NCBI RefSeq assembly: GCF_001194135.2
Contig: NC_068984.1
Span: 28,824,981-28,888,980, forward strand
Direction of reading: 5' to 3'
Origin: Octopus bimaculoides
Lineage: Eukaryota
DNA length: 64,000 bases
Position 1 is the first letter of the stretch. Each line of letters opens with the position of its first letter. Made by a program: the position numbers and the translations under genes. Under the pieces are notes generated by a model. That model saw only the letters and a program-made list of their open reading frames with translations, searched no databases and had not been told where the DNA came from. Positions 52,632 through 64,000 of this stretch are shown one piece after another.

Positions 52632-55600
52632 AAGTAGGATTTCTTAACTTCTTTTCCTATTATAATAATATCACTATATAGTGACTATTACAGGTATTGC
52701 CATCAGTAACAATCAATTGGAAGCATTCAAGCTAGGTCACAAGTCAGAGGGTAGTTTCTGCATTTCTTCATGTCAATCTTGTTGGCTCTGAGAAAGGGTC
52801 ACGTATGCTACGCTTCCTCATTAGTCTAAACCATAATAAAAGATTAAGGCCTAATACTGTCATCTGATTTAGTTTCTATTTTCCATGTGTTTAGTAAAAA
52901 TACCTGAAAAGTAAACACATTATTAACAACTACTACATTCTAAGCAACATCCAATTAATATTTCATAATAATTACATCTGTCACAGAGGGCAATGCATGT
53001 AATTGTTAATAAATCCTAATTAATTATAGATAATGTGTTTCAAGTGCTTCAAAGCAATTCTGGGGTTGAAAAATATAAAAGTATCTTACCGTGATCTTTG
53101 ACAATATAAAATGATGTTAACAATAATACATTTTTACTTAAAATATAAATTCTCTAATCTGACTTTGAAAAAGAGAAAAGAGAATTATCCTCTGATGGTA
53201 TTTATTAAATAAGGTTAAATTCAAATATATCAATGTCTTCCATGAAGTTCTAAGTAGACTTTTAGGATTCTTTAAAGTTTCTATTATTTATTCATTACAC
53301 ATGCTTTACAGCAATACAAGTATTTCCAAACTGAGTGTTTTGCGCAAATGATCAACATTATATAAATAAAAGCAATACACTATGGATGAACTCTGCATAA
53401 TTCCTCTCAGTCATTATTAGCTTATAATAGCCTTATATGAAAATTATTTGTCATAAAATTATTAAAAAATATGATATAAAAAGAGGACAAATGTGACCTT
53501 TGCTCGGAAATTATTAACAAATAATTAAAAATAAACTGTTGTACTCTGATCCATTTTTGTTTCCTGCAGCAAAACCTTATTAGCATTATTGCCAGTATAA
53601 TCATAAATGTTTCTACTTAATTGTTTCTGTGTAATAATTATCATCATCATACATACTTTTATAACTATGACCACCATCATAATGATAATGCTGAAGATAT
53701 GTACGATGATGATAATTATTATTACTGTTATTATCATCATTTAGTTAATACACCTTTCAATTTAAGTTTATTGGTAATAGAGTATAAGAAAGCAGTACAG
53801 CAATTTTATCTCTGACACCATAAAAAACAAAAAGAAGATTAATGAAGAGATAAAAATTCTTTGTTGTCAGGGGAAAAAATTACAATCTGTGAATAATGGC
53901 TTTGAAAATATGAAAAGCACCAAATAAATAAATAAAAACATGATAAACATTCTAAAAAGCTTGATTAGTTACATTAAACATATTCTTTGAGTGTCAGAGT
54001 GTCTTCTGTGAGTTGTTCTTGTCTTTGAAATTCTGATGAACTGATAACATGATCTCATTGATAATACTGAATGATAGGTACATGTAATTGTTACAGTTAA
54101 TGGTAATTCAAAAACTGAACAGCTTCTTTTTCATATCTATATTTTAAATCATCTTTATCAAAATAAAACATATTCTATATATACTTTTCAGGTCAATTAC
54201 TGTTTAAACCTCACAAAAATAATCATTATTAATTTCAGGTTTTCATGCTGCAATGACTTCTTATAGTCTTTATCATTTACACTGGTCTATTTCATATTTT
54301 GCTTTATATAACAAGCCAAAATGATTATTTTAATTTCAAAATATTATGATGCTAAACTAATTTTCAACTTAAAATATTTCTGACTTATCTTATGCTACTT
54401 GTACATATCAATGCTAAAAGAATAAACATTCAAAGGAAAATAAAGAATCGTATTTTCACACACATGAAATTTGCAAATAATATTGCCAAAATATCTATCA
54501 TAAAGGAAATATAATTGAAAATTTGAATGTCAAGTAATTATGTAAACATATGTAGAGTTCAAAATTGAAGAAACTTATTTCAATGTGTTAAGAATGTCTC
54601 TAGTGATTTTAGAAAAAATAAAAAACTATTTTGGTTAAAAACCACCTTGTAGTGGAAAGACCCACACAATTATTTATTTGTATATGTACATGTTTGTTAA
54701 AAGTGAGCTTCTTTAACGATATAGTCTCAATATTATGTAACATTTAAAAGTATTCTAAATAAACAGAATACTATAAGTTCTATGGCACTCGAAAATGTGT
54801 TATTAGACTTAACGAAATTTATGTATTATCTTTCTAAAAGTGGAGAGTTTGCATTTAATATATATACATATCTTGATAACTTTGACTCAAAATACCAAGA
54901 CTAAAATAAAACTATTTCAAGGCTCATGAGTTTTGCTAAGTAATATATTAACTGAGATTTATTTTATCAAATTGAAAAGAAAATTTGTTCTCAGAAGGAT
55001 TCTGAATGGAAATTTAAAAAATTTAGAACAACTGATTACAGCAAGCTGTTATAACAACATGGAGAGTTTAAAAATGAAGAACCATATCATTGAAAGATAC
55101 AAAGGTTTTAGGTAGTTCTATAAAGTGCAGCAATTTCTTCATATATGGTACATGTTGAGCATTACAGATGACATTACTTTCTAGAATTGTAGAATTGTCT
55201 ATTGACAATATGTACACATCACATCTGAACCACAGAATTGATAAAATACTTTTAATAACAAGTATATTTGAAGTTTAATAGCCTATACATCAATATAATA
55301 AAAGCAAAAAACAGACAAATAACAACAAAGAATTGAATAAAAACTTAAGTCATGAGACTTACTATTTCTTTCAGTTTTGACACCTCACTTTTTACTAGGA
55401 TTTATTTTATTGCATCTCAATAGTTGAAAAAGTTATGTGTTCTTTGCAGAGTTGGAAATAAGGTTTTATACTGAATAAATTGTCTTGTCAAGGTATCAGG
55501 TTTCTAAGACATTGTGTAATAGAGCTGTTGACAAAAATTTAATCCTTTTGATACTGTGGTTCAATTTCTGAAGCAGATGAGATAATTTCATGAAACAGAA

Positions 55601-56454
55601 ATTTGATCTATTATAAATAACTCTTCCAAAATTCTAGAGCCTACTCCCCACAGATGAAAAAACTGATACAGTCTGAATAATCTTCTGCAGAAAATACCAT
55701 TCAAGACATCAGCATTGGATTAGAAATTTTTAGTAATCCTTGAGCTGAAAGTTCAGGACACCTTCCATTTGGTCATCTCATCACTAATATAACTTCACAT
55801 CCATCTATATTTAATAGTAAAGTGAATACTTAAATATTTGATATAGTGAGCCAAGAATTTTTAATTAATTAAGATTACAGCCTTAGCAATGAGAAAAAGT
55901 CATTATCTTGTTGAGAAAATCAGATGAGACAACCCAGAATTTTAATTAATATAAATTAATTAAAAATTGAATGCAGTGAAGTGTGAGTCTGATCTTTAGT
56001 GGTACGTTGACAACAACAGACATGTGATTCAGTTTTACAACTACACATCAGTAAAACATAGTCTAACCAATGCTAAGACAAAAAGTCTAAAACTTTTGCA
56101 AACCCTTAGACTGATGGGTAAGATATGAACACTTTACATACATGAATACTTACTGGTGAGATAATTTACAATGAAATGGCCGCATAAAATTAATAAAACC
56201 TCTTTGGGGGGTTTTCCTTAGTCTCCTTTAACCTTGAACTTAGTAAATAGAATTTGGAGTGAGTTTATAATCTTATTGAAATCAGTTCTTATCATTGTAA
56301 AGAAAGGACTAAGTATTTTTTTTGTCTCTTTATGTCTGTGTTAATGAGCTGAGATAGTGGTGAGTATCAGTTTTCAAAGGACATTCTAACATTTTTTAAT
56401 TTAGATTATGATAATTTGTTGTACTTGAAAATCATTGTCTTCCATTCATGTAGG

Positions 56455-56700
56455 CATGTCCTTTGCAAAGTGCTGGTGTCACATAAAATGCACCCATGCC
56501 AGTGCTGCTTAAATGCACCCATGCTGGTGGCATGTGATAGAAGCACCTAGCAAACTCTATAAAGTGGTTGGCATTAGGAAGGGCATCCAACCATAGAAAC
56601 CATGCCATAACACAACTTGGAGTCTGGAGAGTTCCTCAGCTCTATGTCAAACCATCCAATCCATGCCAGCATGGAAAATGTACATTAAACGATGATGAAT
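56455..56700 (+). mobile_element. Same SINE-like family in opposite orientation
   Basis: ggcattaggaagggcatccaaccatagaaac and ccatgccagcatggaaaatgtacattaaacgatgatga are reverse complements of the motifs at 36160-36300. Confidence 0.75.
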
Positions 56701-56736
56701 ATGAATTTATACACATGAACTCTCTTAACCTGTCCA

Positions 56737-56796
<60 letters not shown>

Positions 56797-56900
56797 GTGT
56801 AGAGAGAGAGAGAGATAAACAGACAGACATACAAAAGGGTAGACTGATAGAGAGATAAATAGGGAGATGGCATGTAAATATACAGATATATACATTACTA

Positions 56901-57261
56901 TGGCACTCCGTCAGTTACAACGACAAGGGTTCCAGTTGATCCAATCAATGGAACAGCCTGCTCATGAAATTAACGTGCAAGTGGCTAAGCAATTCACAGA
57001 CGTATACCCTTAACGTAGTTCTCAGGGAGATTCTGCATGACACAGCTAGCCCTTTGAAATACAGGTACAACAAAAACAGGAGGAAAGAGTGAGAGAAAGT
57101 TGTGGTGAAAAAGTACAGCAGGGCTCGCCACCTGCCGGATTTTTGTGGAGCTTTTAAGTGTTTTCACTCAATAAACACTCACAACGTTCGGTCTGGGAAT
57201 CGAAACCACAATCCTATGACCGTGACTCCACTGCCCTAACCACTGGGCCATTGCGCCTCCA
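56901..57261 (-). mobile_element. tRNA-derived SINE, relatively intact
   Basis: Minus-strand head tggaggcgcaatggcccagtggttagggcagtggagtcacggtcataggattgtggtttcgattcccagacc has Pol III A box (TGGCCCAGTGG) and B box (GGTTTCGATTCCC). It continues into a non-tRNA body ending ...gtaactgacggagtgcca. Confidence 0.85.
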
Positions 57262-57715
57262 TGATATATACATACATACTTATGCACACGTACATATACA
57301 TGCATGCACACACAAACACAAACACACAAGTAAATTCTTTGACCCATTTTAGAACTAAAGTTATGGCTGCTGATACTATAATTCTGTCTGATGTGCATTA
57401 TAAATCTTAAGATATTATTTACATTTGTAACGAAATCTCTGTAGATTTAATAATATAATCTGCTTATTAGGTTCTTTATTATATGATATTATTGTTAATG
57501 AAATACATGTAAAATGATGTAACTAAATATTTAATGAACAAACTCACTATTTTTCTTTTTTACCATATGCATTCTATAATCTTTTTAACTTTGGAGACCT
57601 GTGAAAAGAACCTAAATACAAGGAATATTGCATGATTCTCTTCAGTTTGCTTTTTTGATATGTAAGGATGTGCATGATATTATAAATATCATTCATGCTA
57701 TTTAAATTTTAATTG

Positions 57716-57718
<3 letters not shown>

Positions 57719-57784
<66 letters not shown>
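57719..57784. repeat. (TG)n(AG)n compound microsatellite
   Basis: Direct reading. Confidence 0.97.
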
Positions 57785-59959
57785 GGGTTTTAGAGTAAGG
57801 AAACTTCAAGCATATATCTCTGCATTCTCACAAGTCAATTTTTGTCCATTTCCACAATTGCTTTGGCAGAGCTACAATGAGCAATACAACTAAATTCATA
57901 CATTTACACTGGCTCTCCTCTTCAAATATTAGGGAAGAGAATATTTTACAATTCTGAGTACATTGTCTGTTCAACACACATTGGAAATAACTCTTCATTA
58001 AATGTTCATTTAATGTCTATCCATTCTAATATTTTTTCTAATCATTTACATTTCCCTTCTTTTCATTAAATATCACCTTTTGTATTGTTTTATTCTTTAG
58101 CCTCAAAACTAAAATTATTTCAGACATATTCTAATTTACTTGTCAGATTCATTCAAGAAAGAAAGAAAATAGGAAAGAAAAAAAAAATGATTTAATGAAA
58201 AGTTTTTCTCAGTTTGTTTAACACTCAATCCTCCATTCTTTTGTTTTTGATGAGCGATAGCTGTGATCTTTCTTGGTCACCATTTTAGTTACAACTATGC
58301 AATGTCTGCTTGGCATTGTCCACCTCTATTGTTCTCTTGTCAGTTTAAAAGTATTTGTTTATGAAATGTATTTTGCAAAAATAAAGGGGAAAAAACTACA
58401 GGAGTGAAAATACTTAATCATTTCTGACATAATCTCTCCAGGAAATACCTTCTGAAATAATTTACAGGAATCAAAGTCTACTAGCCCTGCCAATACACAT
58501 TAGGTGAACAACTGTGACACTGTAATAACAATGGTAAATAATAATAAAGAAAAAAAAAATGATGATGATAATGATGATGTTTCTTACTAAGTCAAATGAT
58601 ATGGAGATATAATAGATTACTTCTGTAACACAAGAGCCCTTCTGCTCACTTTCCCCAGACTTCTTGTGTGCTCTGTCAAACAGTATTGTCACACAACCTG
58701 AAACTGAGCAATAGCAAATATTCTAAGCATTTCAGCTTGTCAATGTTTCAGTAAAATTCGCAGATCTATCGATTTACTCAAATTAAAAATGGTTGGATGC
58801 TGTTCTTGAAGGTTACTCCTAATGTACTTTAAAAAGTCTATTATTCTGATTTCTGCAAACCCAAAGGAATCTTGGTTCTAAATAAAGACTGTTTCCTACT
58901 AATTTAGCCTGGCAGTGATGATTTAAATATGTTGATGGAAACTAATTGTCCAATAGTCATTTACTGTAATTTATCAAAGAACTGCACATTCAGAAATATA
59001 AGCTACCAAATGCAAACCTATCAAAAACATTAAATGATTTATATCTTGCTAGCTTTAACCTTTAAAGCTGAGTGATCATAGTTTATCATAAGTAAGATTA
59101 AGCAGCTTAGAAACATCTTGCTAAATAGTACAGTAACTTTAATGTTCATGTATATTCCATATTCTTGAATTTAGTCAGATTAACCAATGCTTTAATAGTT
59201 TGAACTTGTCTGCAGGTATTAAAATGTTAAGAGGCAAGTGTATTGAGAGTTAAAACTTTGAATATCAGATTCATTGCTGATGATTGTTCTGCATTACTGA
59301 GCAACAAAGATTAAATAATTTTAGATTTCTGCATTTATTAAAATATTAAGATAATACATGACAGCTACTTATTCTGCTATTTAAAGCAATTCTGTTGAAT
59401 TGGTAAAAAGCAATTGGATAGGGATAAAATAGAATTATTCCTAACCTCTGGCAAATTAAGGAACAGTAAAATTTAACATTAATTATCTCCATGTTAACTT
59501 AAGTTGAAGCACAAGTATATTCAAACTCCACAGATATCTTTTACATAATAGCATAAGCTTAAAATGATAATGTCTTGTAGCTGATTCACCTACATAGGTA
59601 TTTTCTTGTGTTTAAATTTATAAGATTAATATTGATTCCTAATGCTATATTGCATGATGATTAAATGTGCTGATGATTAAATGAGGAAAAAGTAGCATCC
59701 TCAAATTTCAAAAGGTTTCAGATAAAAGAATGCAAATTTAAGTAAGGAGGCGTTAGTATAACTGTATTCACTTTACAATCCCAAGTTAAGGGCTGTAAGT
59801 TTACCAAAACCTTGTTAATAGAATTTGTCAGAGAGGAAACTACTCATAAAAAAGTCAACTCATCAAGTCTTTTGCTAACTTTTCATGTTTGCATGTGTTA
59901 GAGAGGTCATCAAGGTCAAGTCAATATTTAGAAATACTGTCATCCTAAAGGAATTGGCA

Positions 59960-60291
59960 GATTATGTCTCCTTCATACATTCCATATTTTTGCAAGGTTT
60001 CTCTGTCTGGATGCTCTTCTAAATGCAAAACATTTTACAAAATGTGCTTGATGCATGTTATTTCAGCACCAACACCTGAAAAGATGTCATGCTTGAAGAG
60101 ACTAAAGGCTCTTCTTGATCTTATATTATCTCTACTCATTTGTCAACAACTCTTTGAAAGTACACTAGGTGCATGTTACCATGGCACCATCATTACTGAG
60201 GTTTTCATGTGCCCCCAAAACTAGAGAGCCTTCACTATTCTACAATGTTGTCTGTCTTTCAAATCAACATGTGCAAGTAGGTGAATACAAG

Positions 60292-60381
<90 letters not shown>

Positions 60382-60700
60382 ACAATGAACCAGGGGAGCA
60401 AGAGTAAGGGGAGCAAGAGTATGATGTGAGAGACAGAATAATTAAGATGTGATAGAAAAGGAAGTAATGGTATAGTGACAGTGCTGGAGGCAAAATATAG
60501 ACAAGAGAGCTTTGGTAGGAAGGTATGTACAGGTTGAATATATGATGGGAGAAAGGTAGAGTGATAAGGCATGCAAGGATTTGGACAGATCCAATTCCAC
60601 CCTTCATTGCATAGACATCATAGTATAATGAGTAAGAGAGAGGGAAATATGAGAGATGAGGAGACAAATGGTAGATGAAACAACAGATAGAAAGTTTAAC
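59960..60700 (-). mobile_element. RTE-type 3' UTR/tail remnant containing an (AG)n expansion
   Basis: Tail motif tctggatgctcttctaaatgc and a purine-rich UTR, shared with the other RTE copies in the window. Confidence 0.55.
60295..60377. repeat. (AG)n microsatellite
   Basis: Direct reading. Confidence 0.98.
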
Positions 60701-63373
60701 AGGGAAATGTTAAGTGAGATACCCAAACACGTGGCCACACCCAGCTCCAAACTTACTTCACTACCACCATTTCAATGGTTATTTATCAAAGCTTGAATGA
60801 GTGGACAAGTCAACCATATATTGCCTGTCATTGTGACCCTTAGTAATTTCATTCATGAGGCTCAGTATATACACTGTAATACACATACACGCGCCTGTGT
60901 GTGTGTGTGCATGCATGCATGTGTATTTGTGTTTATAATCTAAAAGCTAATGTTGCTTATGCAGTGTCCCTTTCAGTAAATGAGTGGTTTAACAAATAAG
61001 AAATAGGTAACATAAGTACCAGACTGAAACAAGCACTGGGCACGAGTTGATCGACTTAAACAATTGAAGATGTTGTCCCATCACAACCATAGTCCAATGA
61101 CTAAATCAAGTGAAAGACTAACAAAGAAAATAGAAAATAAATAGATCTTAAGCTGTCATAGCAAAGCCCTTTGATATATTTTTATGACTTTGTGAATTAA
61201 TCCTAAAGACAAACTCTCAATGTGAAGGAGGTAACTAATTTAGAAGAAGGAAACATAATCGGATCAAAGATCAAAGTGACAAGACATTTATTAAACATTG
61301 ATGGATGCAACATAACAAAATAGCAAATAATAATAATAATAATAATCATCTCTTTAGTGATCACAAGGGACCAAGGGTGTAGAGGGACAGTTCAAGGACA
61401 GAAAATACAAAAGAATAAGAGGTTTGCTTAAGTAAAAGGAAGACAACAACAACAGCTAATATTACAATATCAATAGGTAAAGGTTCCCTGAAGTACAGGA
61501 CAACAAGAATCATCTAGGGTCACTAAAGGCTACCATAGATCCTAGATTGCACAACTACCAAGGTTAAGTACCCAATCCTAACAGTATTCCCTAGTCTTGA
61601 GGCACATACTAAAACTAAAAGCAGGCCTACTCATTTCAGTCAATGTCCATTCAGTAAAGGAAAGACCCATTCACTCAAGCTAAAATGAATTCACTTAGCC
61701 CAGGCCTATTTGCATGATAATTAAATCTATGATGGTAATATTTCAGCACAGCAACTGCCCCGTAGTTTGAACCAGTAAAAGTGTAAGAAGAAAGATAATG
61801 TTTTATAAAGCTATAATTCCTTAGTTTATAGGTGAGAGTATATATTTCAATTCTAATGTTTTCTACAAAGGCAATATATACTGAATAAAATAACTTCTAA
61901 ACAGTTATGGGTCTTATGTTTAAACCTGGCTCACTCGGAATTTATTATTTTTCTTAAAACACTAGTCTGACAGTGACAAAATGATTGCATTATAGATGAC
62001 GATGACAGATGATGACAGCAAAAGTTATCATTGACAACTGTATGTGTAAGGATTTTAGCAAAAATTAGAACTGTATATTTAAAGCTAATTATAAAAAAGA
62101 AAGGACAAAAAATGGGAGAAATGAATAGTAAAATATATAGTAGCATAATGAAGAAATACTGACAATAAAACTTATGAAGAGATGAAGAAACAAAAAAGCT
62201 GCTAGAAAAGAGAGAAAGCTGAAAAGTTGAGAAAAAAAGAGATCATATAAAACAAATTGAGAGAGAAGACAGAAAGAAAATAACAAGACAGTGATAAAGG
62301 GAAAGTAAGAAAAAAGAAGATTATTTCAAAAATATATTGTAAAAGAGAAAAAGAGAGGAACAAACCAGGAGGTAAAAGATCAATATGGAAAACATAGAAA
62401 CAAAAGGAAATGAAAGGACAGAGTGTGGAGTGTGAAAAAAATACGTTTAGTTTACACAAGTCAAATGAAATACTCAATTGGAAAAGTTGTTCTATGTCAG
62501 CATGAAATTTAGATGTTTGTTATCAAAAGAGTTCAGTTGTATAAGCTGACAAGATTGTTGTTTGGTGCCGCATTGAAATCCCTTTCATCTTTGATCTCTT
62601 AAACCAACAACATAAAGTAAGCAACACCACTGGATTGCAATACAACATGAAAGCAGCGATTGACTGCATGTATTTTCTAATTTGTAGCCCTCTTAGAGAA
62701 ACAATGAAATCGAAAAAAAAGTTTACACTAATACCACTGAAGTTGGCAGAAGTGGTAGACGTTTAACTCAATATTTAAGTAAGTTACTTTGTTTTACAGG
62801 GATCAAGCCCTGATGGGTTAAATATAATCCTTTATTGTTATGGAGGTAATATATACACATGATTACATACACACACACAGACATAGATATGTGTGTACAA
62901 AAATATGTAGAATTGACCCCAGTACTTATTCTATCAGTCACTTTTTACTAAAATGCTAAGGTACATAATGTAAACAAACACCAATTGTCAAGTAAAGAGA
63001 GACAAACCCAACACACACACACAGAGAGGCACACCACTGATTTTCCAGCAGTTCACAATCCAGCCTTCTTTAATCTGGATAAATTACAAGAGGAAGCAAT
63101 CACAAATGGTGCTGTGTATACCATATTTTTATATGCATTATTTCCACCCTTAGCAAAATTTTGAGAGAGCTAATTTATCCTTAACTATGGCTACTATAGA
63201 TAAAAGAAATGAGAGCATCAGTGGTAGAGTCAAACATGCACAACTACCTGTATTTCATCTATCAAATTCATATTTAATACCCCGTATTTAATTAATTTTT
63301 GTTTCTACCAATTCATGGTACCGAAGCCACATGGGAAGTGTACAATTAGTAAGTTAGGTGTGTTGAATCATTA

Positions 63374-63559
63374 TTACATGGCAATAGATGTTCCAGCAAA
63401 ATGCTTAATCCGCCAAGGCTGTAGAATCAAAAATGCTGTAAAATCATTTATGTACCTGCATGTACAATCCTTTTCCACATAGTCTCTCTCTACCAAAATT
63501 ACTCGCAAAACAGAGTTTAGCTCAGGTTGTAAAAGAACGCTCTCATCCAAAGTGTCATA
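63374..63559 (-). CDS. Candidate exon/ORF (YDTLDESVLLQPELNSVLRVILVERDYVEKDCTCRYINDFTAFLILQPWRIKHFAGTSIAM*)
   Basis: 61 open codons immediately after ttttgttctagtgtag. The region is less AT-rich than its flanks and contains several CpGs. No family is recognised. Confidence 0.25.
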   Translation of the reverse strand, partial: YDTLDESVLLQPELNSVLRVILVERDYVEKDCTCRYINDFTAFLILQPWRIKHFAGTSIAM

Positions 63560-63895
63560 CTACACTAGAACAAAACCAGTAATGATGTGAGGTGAATTTC
63601 TGAACAACATAGATATGTGTATAAACACATACACACGTACATGTATATATGAGTGTGTGTGTGAGTAAATGAATATATATATATATATATATACGTACAC
63701 ATACATACATGCATATATATATATATATATGCACACATACATACATGCATATTACATACACACATATATAAACACACACACACACACGCATATATATATT
63801 CATATGACTATGTGTGTAGTGAAGCACTAAATAAAATCTTACAAACATTAGTTAATAATAGATAGCCTTATACTTCAGCATACAAAGCAATGCAA

Positions 63896-63984
63896 CAAGG
63901 AAGTGTGGTGTCAAAACAGGAAGTGTGTGTAAGGGGAGACAAATGTTTTTAGTTGGAGTTATGAACTCTTTTCAACAGGAAGTT
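63896..63984 (+). promoter_or_regulatory. Cluster of three ETS-type GGAAGT motifs
   Basis: caaggaagtg (63896), acaggaagtg (63916) and acaggaagtt (63975) lie within 90 bp. Function is not shown. Confidence 0.3.
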
Positions 63985-64000
63985 TATGTCTGTTCCTAGT

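Noticed and set aside
57185-57261. tRNA gene
   Set aside because: A and B boxes are present, but the acceptor stem and 3' end are not tRNA-like and the sequence continues into a SINE body. It is a SINE head.
60175-60188. RFX X-box-like site GTTACCATGGCACC (13/14 match)
   Set aside because: It lies within a decayed RTE/SINE tail at a position corresponding to the gtgc..ttt..gtggcacc motif, so the match is probably a chance product of decay.

Overview
This is AT-rich eukaryotic (animal) intronic or intergenic DNA, not prokaryotic. It has two assembly gaps (6797-7043, 36772-37628) and very dense microsatellites. The repeat families (RTE LINEs with GAT tails, tRNA-derived SINEs, a piggyBac-type MITE) are ones I recognise from cephalopod, Octopus-like genomes; this taxonomic call is from memory, not from a search. 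No intact long protein-coding ORF is present. Most ORFs in the track are chance ORFs, microsatellite translations or read-through of N runs. The features that can be supported are decayed mobile elements: a full-length-sized D,D34D mariner with TIRs and TA TSD (37788-39014); an internally deleted hAT/Buster element with a perfect 8-bp TSD (32155-33733); four fragments of R4/Dong-type restriction-like-endonuclease LINEs; several RTE and CR1 LINE remnants; SINEs; a TTAA-flanked MITE; and a Penelope-type terminus with a degenerate minimal hammerhead ribozyme. A host gene cannot be named. There are splice-flanked short exon candidates on both strands, most notably an in-phase minus-strand micro-exon chain and a plus-strand candidate exon with a diverged tandem copy. 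I found no convincing novel multi-gene system. The most worthwhile follow-ups are the micro-exons, the duplicated exon, the hammerhead and a 107-nt palindrome.
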